Assembly (NCBI GenBank): GCA_964057225.1
Contig: OZ059900.1
Span: 26,102,001 to 26,166,000, forward strand
Source of the DNA: Auanema rhodensis
Lineage: Eukaryota; Animalia; Nematoda
Length of the DNA: 64,000 nt
Direction of reading: 5' to 3'
Each line of letters begins with the position of its first letter. Positions within the stretch are counted from its first letter, which is position 1. The notes under the pieces are model-generated. The model searched no databases and had not been told where the DNA came from. It saw only the letters and a list, made by a program, of their open reading frames with translations. The position numbers and the translations under genes are program-made. Of the stretch, positions 54,901 to 64,000 are shown piece after piece.

Positions 54901-57900
54901 TTTGAGCTAGGTTTCATTGACATTGCATGAGTTTGAACACATGAAATCGTAAGTCAAAACCTTGTTTACTGCGAAATTTCCAAAAACTGGTTTTCCAGCA
55001 TAATACAATATTTCTCATGGGAAATACTGTGTTTTTGTATTTTTCTAGTGTTCAGCATGTGAAATGCTTAATTTTAGTATGTAACACGCTGAAATTTGTT
55101 GCATTTGACGACTCATATGAACAAAAATCGATTTAATCAATATTAGCCATAAGGGGCGTGCCCTCAGAATATGCTAATTTCCTTAATTTTCTAACCCCTG
55201 TTTTTTTGTCGTGAAAGTGGAACTAGACGTTGTACGAACAATTTTGAGCTAGGTTTCATTGACATTGCATGAGTTTGAACACATGAAATCGTAAGTCAAA
55301 ACCTTGTTTACAGCGAAATTTCCAAAAACTGGTTTTCCAGCATAATAAAATATTTCTCATGGGAAATACTGTGTTTTTGTATTTTTTTAGTGTTCAGCAT
55401 GTAAAATGCTTCATTTTAGTATGTAACACGCTGAAATTCGTTGCATTTGACGACTCATATGAACAAAAATCGATTTAATCAATATTAGCCATAAGGGGCG
55501 TGCCCTCAGAATATGCTAATTTCCTTAATTTTCTAACCCCTGTTTTTTTGTCGTGAAAGTGGAACTAGACGTTGTACGAACAATTTTGAGCTAGGTTTCA
55601 TTGACATTGCATCAGTTTGAACACATGAAATCGTAAGTCAAAACCTTGTTTACAGCGAAATTTCCAAAAACTGGTTTTCCAGCATAATAAAATATTTCTC
55701 ATGGGAAATACTGTGTTTTTGTATTTTTCTAGTGTTCAGCATGTAAGATGCTTTATTTTAGTATGTAACACGCTGAAATTCGTTGCATTTGACGACTCAT
55801 ATGAACAAAAATCGATTTAATCAATATTAGCCATAAGGGGCGTGCCCTCAGAATATGCTAATTTCCTTAATTTTCTAACCCCTGTTTTTTTGTCGTGAAA
55901 GTGGAACTAGACGTTGTACGAACAATTTTGAGCTAGGTTTCATTGACATTGCATGAGTTTGAACACATGAAATCGTAAGTCAAAACCTTGTTTACAGCGA
56001 AATTTCCAAAAACTGGTTTTCCAGCATAATAAAATATTTCTCATGGGAAAAACTGTGTTTTTGTATTTTTCTAGTGTTCAGCATGTAAAATGCTTCATTT
56101 TAGTATGTAACACACTGAAATTTGTTGCATTTGACGACTCATATGAACAAAAATCGATTTAATCAATATTAGCCATAAGGGGCGTGCCCTCAGAATATGC
56201 TAATTTCCTTAATTTTCTAACCCCTGTTTTTTTGTCGTGAAAATGGAACTAGACGTTGTACGAACAATTTTGAGCTAGGTTTCATTGACATTGCATCAGT
56301 TTGAACACATGAAATCGTAAGTCAAAACCTTGTTTACAGCGAAATTTCCAAAAACTGGTTTTCCAGCATAATAAAATATTTCTCATGGGAAATACTGTGT
56401 TTTTGTATTTTTCTAGTGTTCAGCATGTAAAATGTTTCATTTTAGTATGTAACACGCTGAAATTCGTTGCATTTGACGACTCATATGAACAAAAATCGAT
56501 TTAATCAATATTAGCCATAAGGGGCGTGCCCTCAGAATATGCTAATTTCCTTAATTTTCTAACCCCTGTTTTTTTGTCGTGAAAGTGGAACTAGACGTTG
56601 TACGAACAATTTTGAGCTAGGTTTCATTGACATTGCATGAGTTTGAACACATGAAATCGTAAGTCAAAACCTTGTTTACAGCGAAATTTCCAAAAACTGG
56701 TTTTCCAGCATAATAAAATATTTCTCATGGGAAATACTGTGTTTTTGTATTTTTCTAGTGTTCAGCATGTAAAATGCTTCATTTTAGTATGTAACACGCT
56801 GAAATTCGTTGCATTTGACGACTCATATGAACAAAAATCGATTTAATCAATATTAGCCATAAGGGGCGTGCCCTCAGAATATGCTAATTTCCTTAATTTT
56901 CTAACCCCTGTTTTTTTGTCGTGAAAGTGGAACTAGACGTTGTACGAACAATTTTGAGCTAGGTTTCATTGACATTGCATGAGTTTGAACACATGAAATC
57001 GTAAGTCAAAACCTTGTTTACAGCGAAATTTCCAAAAACTGGTTTTCCAGCATAATAAAATATTTCTCATGGGAAATACTGTGTTTTTGTATTTTTTTAG
57101 TGTTCAGCATGTAAAATGCGTCATTTTAGTATGTAAAACGCTGAAATTCGTTGCATTTGACGACTCATATGAACAAAAATCGATTTAATCAATATTAGCC
57201 ATAAGGGGCGTGCCCTCAGAATATGCTAATTTCCTTAATTTTCTAACCCCTGTTTTTTTGTCGCGAAAGTGGAACTAGACGTTGTACGAACAATTTTGAG
57301 CTAGGTTTCATTGACATTGCATGAGTTTGAACACATGAAATCGTAAGTCAAAACCTTGTTTACAGCGAAATTTCCAAAAACTGGTTTTCCAGCATAATAA
57401 AATATTTCTCATGGGAAATACTGTGTTTTTGTATTTTTCTAGTGTTCAGCATGTAAGATGCTTTATTTTAGTATGTAACACGCTGAAATTCGTTGCATTT
57501 CACGACTCATATGAACAAAAATCGATTTAATCAATATTAGCCATAAGGGGCGTGCCCTCAGAATATGCTAATTTCCTTAATTTTCTAACCCCTGTTTTTT
57601 TGTCGTGAAAGTGGAACTAGACGTTGTACGAACAATTTTGAGCTAGGTTTCATTGACATTGCATCAGTTTGAACACATGAAATCGTAAGTCAAAACCTTG
57701 TTTACAGCGAAATTTCCAAAAACTGGTTTTCCAGCATAATAAAATATTTCTCATGGGAAATACTGTGTTTTTGTATTTTTCTAGTGTTCAGCATGTAAAA
57801 TGCTTCATTTTAGTATGTAACACGCTGAAATTCGTTGCATTTGACGACTCATATGAACAAAAATCGATTTAATCAATATTAGCCATAAGGGGCGTGCCCT

Positions 57901-60900
57901 CAGAATATGCTAATTTCCTTAATTTTCTAACCCCTGTTTTTTTGTCGTGAAAGTGGAACTAGACGTTCTACGAACAATTTTGAGCTAGGTTTCATTGACA
58001 TTGCATGAGTTTGAACACATGAAATCGTAAGTCAAAACCTTGTTTACAGCGAAATTTCCAAAAACTGGTTTTCCAGCATAATAAAATATTTCTCATGGGA
58101 AATACAGTGTTTTTGTATTTTTTTAGTGTTCAGCATGTAAAATGGGTCATTTTAGTATGTAAAACGCTGAAATTCGTTGCATTTGACGACTCATATGAAC
58201 AAAAATCGATTTTATCAATATTAGCCATAAGGGGCGTGCCCTCAGAATATGCTGATTTCCTTAATTTTCTAACCCCTGTTTTTTTGTCGTGAAAGTGGAA
58301 CTAGACGTTGTACGAACAATTTTGAGCTAGGTTTCATTGACATTGCATGATTTGAACACATGAAATCGTAAGTCAAAACCTTGTTTACAGCGAAATTTCC
58401 AAAAACTGGTTTTCCAGCATAATAAAATATTTCTCATGGGAAATACAGTGTTTTTGTATTTTTTTAGTGTTCAGCATGTAAAATGCGTCATTTTAGTATG
58501 TAAAACGCTGAAATTCGCTGCATTTGACGACTCATATGAACAAAAATCGATTTTATCAATATTAGCCATAAGGGGCGTGCCCTCAGAATATGCTAATTTC
58601 CTTAATTTTCTAACCCCTGTTTTTTTGTCGTGAAAGTGGAACTAGACGTTGTACGAACAATTTTAAGCTAGGTTTCATTGACATTGCATGAGTTTGAACA
58701 CATGAAATCGTAAGTCAAAACCTTGTTTACAGCGAAATTTCCAAAAACTGGTTTTCCAGCATAATAAAATATTTTTCAAGGGAAAAACTGTGTTTTTATA
58801 TTTTTCTAGTGTTCAGCATGTGAAATGCTTAATTTTAGTATGTAACACGCTGAAATTTGTTGCATTTGACGACTCATATGAACAAAAATCGATTTAATCA
58901 ATATTAGCCATAAGGGGCGTGCCCTCAGAATATGCTAATTTCCTTAATTTTCTAACCCCTGTTTTTTTGTCGTGAAAGTGGAACTAGACGTTGTACGAAC
59001 AATTTTGAGCTAGGTTTCATTGACATTGCATGAGTTTGAACACATGAAATCGTAAGTCAAAACCTTGTTTACAGCGAAATTTCCAAAAACTGGTTTTCCA
59101 GCATAATAAAATATTTCTCATGGGAAATACTGTGTTTTTGTATTTTTCTAGTGTTCAGCATGTAAAATGCTTCATTTTAGTATGTAACACGCTGAAATTC
59201 GTTGAATTTGACGACTCATATGAACAAAAATCGATTTAATCAATATTAGCCATAAGGGGCGTGCCCTCAGAATATGCTAATTTCCTTAATTTTCTAACCC
59301 CTGTTTTTTTTGTCGTGAAAGTGGAACTAGACGTTGTACGAACAATTTTGAGCTAGGTTTCATTGACATTGCATGAGTTTGAACACATGAAATCGTAAGT
59401 CAAAACCTTGTTTACAGCGAAATTTCCAAAAACTGGTTTTCCAGCATAATAAAATATTTCTCATGGGAAATACTGTGTTTTTGTATTTTTTTAGTGTTCA
59501 GCATGTAAAATGCGTCATTTAAGTATGTAAAACGCTGAAATTCGTTGCATTTGACGACTCATATGAACAAAAATCGATTTTATCAATATTAGCCATAAGG
59601 GGCGTGCCCTCAGAATATGCTAATTTCCTTAATTTTCTAACCCCTGTTTTTTTTGTCGTGAAAGTGGAACTAGACGTTGTACGAACAATTTTGAGCTAGG
59701 TTTCATTGACATTGCATGAGTTTGAACACATGAAATCGTAAGTCAAAACCTTGTTTACAGCGAAATTTCCAAAAACTGGTTTTCCAGCATAATAAAATAT
59801 TTCTCATGGGAAATACTGTGTTTTTGTATTTTTTTAGTGTTCAGCATGTAAAATGCGTCATTTAAGTATGTAAAACGCTGAAATTCGTTGCATTTGACGA
59901 CTCATATGAACAAAAATCGATTTTATCAATATTAGCCATAAGGGGCGTGCCCTCAGAATATGCTGATTTCCTTAATTTTCTAACCCCTGTTTTTTTGTCG
60001 TGAAAGTGGAACTAGACGTTGTACGAACATTTTTGAGCTAGGTTTCATTGACATTGCATGAGTTTGAACACATGAAATCGTAAGTCAAAACCTTGTTTAC
60101 TGCGAAATTTCCAAAAACTGGTTTTCCAGCATAATACAATATTTCTCATGGGAAATACTGTGTTTTTGTATTTTTCTAGTGTTCAGCATGTGAAATGCTT
60201 AATTTTAGTATGTAACACGCTGAAATTTGTTGCATTTGACGACTCATATGAACAAAAATCGATTTAATCAATATTAGCCATAAGGGGCGTGCCCTCAGAA
60301 TATGCTAATTTCCTTAATTTTCTAACCCCTGTTTTTTTGTCGTGAAAGTGGAACTAGACGTTGTACGAACAATTTTGAGCTAGGTTTCATTGACATTGCA
60401 TGAGTTTGAACACATGAAATCGTAAGTCAAAACCTTGTTTACAGCGAAATTTCCAAAAACTGGTTTTCCAGCATAATAAAATATTTCTCATGGGAAATAC
60501 TGTGTTTTTGTATTTTTTTAGTGTTCAGCATGTAAAATGCTTCATTTTAGTATGTAACACGCTGAAATTCGTTGCATTTGACGACTCATATGAACAAAAA
60601 TCGATTTAATCAATATTAGCCATAAGGGGCGTGCCCTCAGAATATGCTAATTTCCTTAATTTTCTAACCCCTGTTTTTTTGTCGTGAAAGTGGAACTAGA
60701 CGTTGTACGAACAATTTTGAGCTAGGTTTCATTGACATTGCATCAGTTTGAACACATGAAATCGTAAGTCAAAACCTTGTTTACAGCGAAATTTCCAAAA
60801 ACTGGTTTTCCAGCATAATAAAATATTTCTCATGGGAAATACTGTGTTTTTGTATTTTTCTAGTGTTCAGCATGTAAGATGCTTTATTTTAGTATGTAAC

Positions 60901-63900
60901 ACGCTGAAATTCGTTGCATTTGACGACTCATATGAACAAAAATCGATTTAATCAATATTAGCCATAAGGGGCGTGCCCTCAGAATATGCTAATTTCCTTA
61001 ATTTTCTAACCCCTGTTTTTTTGTCGTGAAAGTGGAACTAGACGTTGTACGAACAATTTTGAGCTAGGTTTCATTGACATTGCATGAGTTTGAACACATG
61101 AAATCGTAAGTCAAAACCTTGTTTACAGCGAAATTTCCAAAAACTGGTTTTCCAGCATAATAAAATATTTCTCATGGGAAAAACTGTGTTTTTGTATTTT
61201 TCTAGTGTTCAGCATGTAAAATGCTTCATTTTAGTATGTAACACACTGAAATTTGTTGCATTTGACGACTCATATGAACAAAAATCGATTTAATCAATAT
61301 TAGCCATAAGGGGCGTGCCCTCAGAATATGCTAATTTCCTTAATTTTCTAACCCCTGTTTTTTTGTCGTGAAAATGGAACTAGACGTTGTACGAACAATT
61401 TTGAGCTAGGTTTCATTGACATTGCATCAGTTTGAACACATGAAATCGTAAGTCAAAACCTTGTTTACAGCGAAATTTCCAAAAACTGGTTTTCCAGCAT
61501 AATAAAATATTTCTCATGGGAAATACTGTGTTTTTGTATTTTTCTAGTGTTCAGCATGTAAAATGTTTCATTTTAGTATGTAACACGCTGAAATTCGTTG
61601 CATTTGACGACTCATATGAACAAAAATCGATTTAATCAATATTAGCCATAAGGGGCGTGCCCTCAGAATATGCTAATTTCCTTAATTTTCTAACCCCTGT
61701 TTTTTTGTCGTGAAAGTGGAACTAGACGTTGTACGAACAATTTTGAGCTAGGTTTCATTGACATTGCATGAGTTTGAACACATGAAATCGTAAGTCAAAA
61801 CCTTGTTTACAGCGAAATTTCCAAAAACTGGTTTTCCAGCATAATAAAATATTTCTCATGGGAAATACTGTGTTTTTGTATTTTTCTAGTGTTCAGCATG
61901 TAAAATGCTTCATTTTAGTATGTAACACGCTGAAATTCGTTGCATTTGACGACTCATATGAACAAAAATCGATTTAATCAATATTAGCCATAAGGGGCGT
62001 GCCCTCAGAATATGCTAATTTCCTTAATTTTCTAACCCCTGTTTTTTTGTCGTGAAAGTGGAACTAGACGTTGTACGAACAATTTTGAGCTAGGTTTCAT
62101 TGACATTGCATGAGTTTGAACACATGAAATCGTAAGTCAAAACCTTGTTTACAGCGAAATTTCCAAAAACTGGTTTTCCAGCATAATAAAATATTTCTCA
62201 TGGGAAATACTGTGTTTTTGTATTTTTTTAGTGTTCAGCATGTAAAATGCGTCATTTTAGTATGTAAAACGCTGAAATTCGTTGCATTTGACGACTCATA
62301 TGAACAAAAATCGATTTAATCAATATTAGCCATAAGGGGCGTGCCCTCAGAATATGCTAATTTCCTTAATTTTCTAACCCCTGTTTTTTTGTCGCGAAAG
62401 TGGAACTAGACGTTGTACGAACAATTTTGAGCTAGGTTTCATTGACATTGCATGAGTTTGAACACATGAAATCGTAAGTCAAAACCTTGTTTACAGCGAA
62501 ATTTCCAAAAACTGGTTTTCCAGCATAATAAAATATTTCTCATGGGAAATACTGTGTTTTTGTATTTTTCTAGTGTTCAGCATGTAAGATGCTTTATTTT
62601 AGTATGTAACACGCTGAAATTCGTTGCATTTCACGACTCATATGAACAAAAATCGATTTAATCAATATTAGCCATAAGGGGCGTGCCCTCAGAATATGCT
62701 AATTTCCTTAATTTTCTAACCCCTGTTTTTTTGTCGTGAAAGTGGAACTAGACGTTGTACGAACAATTTTGAGCTAGGTTTCATTGACATTGCATCAGTT
62801 TGAACACATGAAATCGTAAGTCAAAACCTTGTTTACAGCGAAATTTCCAAAAACTGGTTTTCCAGCATAATAAAATATTTCTCATGGGAAATACTGTGTT
62901 TTTGTATTTTTCTAGTGTTCAGCATGTAAAATGCTTCATTTTAGTATGTAACACGCTGAAATTCGTTGCATTTGACGACTCATATGAACAAAAATCGATT
63001 TAATCAATATTAGCCATAAGGGGCGTGCCCTCAGAATATGCTAATTTCCTTAATTTTCTAACCCCTGTTTTTTTGTCGTGAAAGTGGAACTAGACGTTCT
63101 ACGAACAATTTTGAGCTAGGTTTCATTGACATTGCATGAGTTTGAACACATGAAATCGTAAGTCAAAACCTTGTTTACAGCGAAATTTCCAAAAACTGGT
63201 TTTCCAGCATAATAAAATATTTCTCATGGGAAAAACTGTGTTTTTGTATTTTTCTAGTGTTCAGCATGTAAAATGCTTCATTTTAGTATGTAACACACTG
63301 AAATTTGTTGCATTTGACGACTCATATGAACAAAAATCGATTTAATCAATATTAGCCATAAGGGGCGTGCCCTCAGAATATGCTAATTTCCTTAATTTTC
63401 CAACCCCTGTTTTTTTGTCGTGAAAGTGGAACTAGACGTTGTACGAACAATTTTGAGCTAGGTTTCATTGACATTGCATCAGTTTGAACACATGAAATCG
63501 TAAGTCAAAACCTTGTTTACAGCGAAATTTCCAAAAACTGGTTTTCCAGCATAATAAAATATTTCTCATGGGAAATACTGTGTTTTTGTATTTTTCTAGT
63601 GTTCAGCATGTAAAATGCTTCATTTTAGTATGTAACACGCTGAAATTCGTTGCATTTGACGACTCATATGAACAAAAATCGATTTAATCAATATTAGCCA
63701 TAAGGGGCGTGCCCTCAGAATATGCTAATTTCCTTAATTTTCTAACACCTGTTTTTTTGTCGTGAAAGTGGAACTAGACGTTCTACGAACAATTTTGAGC
63801 TAGGTTTCATTGACATTGCATGAGTTTGAACACATGAAATCGTAAGTCAAAACCTTGTTTACAGCGAAATTTCCAAAAACTGGTTTTCCAGCATAATAAA

Positions 63901-64000
63901 ATATTTCTCATGGGAAAAACTGTGTTTTTGTATTTTTCTAGTGTTCAGCATGTAAAATGCTTCATTTTAGTATGTAACACACTGAAATTTGTTGCATTTG
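51939..64000. repeat. Variant domain 3: GCGTCA/AATACAGTG monomers return, mixed with domain-2-like monomers
   Basis: The ORF-open allele reappears at 51939. Private alleles include ATGGGTCA, GCTGATTT, TTCGCTG, CATTTAAG and AAAATGGAA. Confidence 0.82.
52964..63225. repeat. 15-monomer higher-order unit (5131 bp) duplicated in tandem
   Basis: Rare variants and indels of 52964-58094 recur at +5131 (ORFs 52964/58095 and 53305/58436; two T insertions and one G deletion give 15x342+1). The only difference I noticed is A53744 versus C58875. Confidence 0.93.

Larger units (their letters stand above)
1..64000. repeat. Tandem satellite DNA array, 342-bp monomer, about 187 copies, head-to-tail, running off both window edges
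   Basis: The landmark CTCATGGGAAATAC (or a variant) recurs at 306, 648, 990, 1332, 1674 ... 63910. 63910-306 = 63604 = 186x342 minus 8. Monomers differ only by a few substitutions and 1-bp indels, with no unique sequence between them. Confidence 0.99.

Noticed and set aside
306-58633. Dozens of near-identical 61-65 aa ORFs (MGNTVFLY...TPVFLS) as a tandem small-protein gene family
   Set aside because: One T/A site makes TTA or TAA and most monomers carry the stop. Many variants are non-synonymous or remove the ATG, the F/L/I/K bias reflects AT-rich DNA, and I recognise no domain. Useful only as an allele marker; Ribo-seq or proteomics would be needed to revive it.
1-64000. CRISPR array or other prokaryotic repeat-spacer system
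   Set aside because: The entire 342 bp is repeated with no unique spacers, and there are no cas or other genes.
1-64000. Tandem 5S rRNA, tRNA or snRNA gene array, or an embedded transposon
   Set aside because: I recognise no 5S, tRNA or U-snRNA sequence or Pol III A/B/C boxes. There are no terminal repeats, target-site duplications or interruptions of the 342-bp phase.
1-64000. Assignment to a named species or satellite family
   Set aside because: AT-rich satellites of about 340-360 bp occur in many animals and plants and I do not recognise this sequence. BLASTN of the consensus against nt/WGS and Dfam/Repbase is required.

Overview
The whole 64-kb window is one uninterrupted head-to-tail tandem array of a 342-bp AT-rich monomer: about 187 copies, about 34% GC by hand count of the consensus, all in one orientation. 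This is eukaryotic satellite DNA of dinucleosome-like length, consistent with but not proven to be (peri)centromeric heterochromatin. I see no genes, RNA genes, transposon insertions, inversions, truncated monomers or CRISPR spacers. The repeated 61-84 aa ORFs are a by-product of the repeat: a single T/A allele in ATCGATTT[T/A]A opens or closes them. The informative structure lies in the monomer variants. (i) Four successive variant domains: about 1-20.5, 20.5-27.7, 27.7-51.9 and 51.9-64 kb. (ii) Many short, local higher-order repeats (HORs) of 2, 3, 4, 5, 6, 8 and 15 monomers, including a near-perfect 5131-bp tandem duplication. (iii) Blocks of rare variants shared 19-30 kb apart. (iv) Chimeric monomers from in-register recombination. 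(v) Within the monomer: a possible ancient 2 x 171-bp substructure, A/T tracts phased at about 10 bp, and several dyads, one of which is a perfect 18-bp palindrome only in the left domain. I cannot name the species or satellite family and found no support for a new protein-coding system. Monomers are referred to by the position of the A of the recurring 'ATGGGAAAT'. All variant calls were made by eye.
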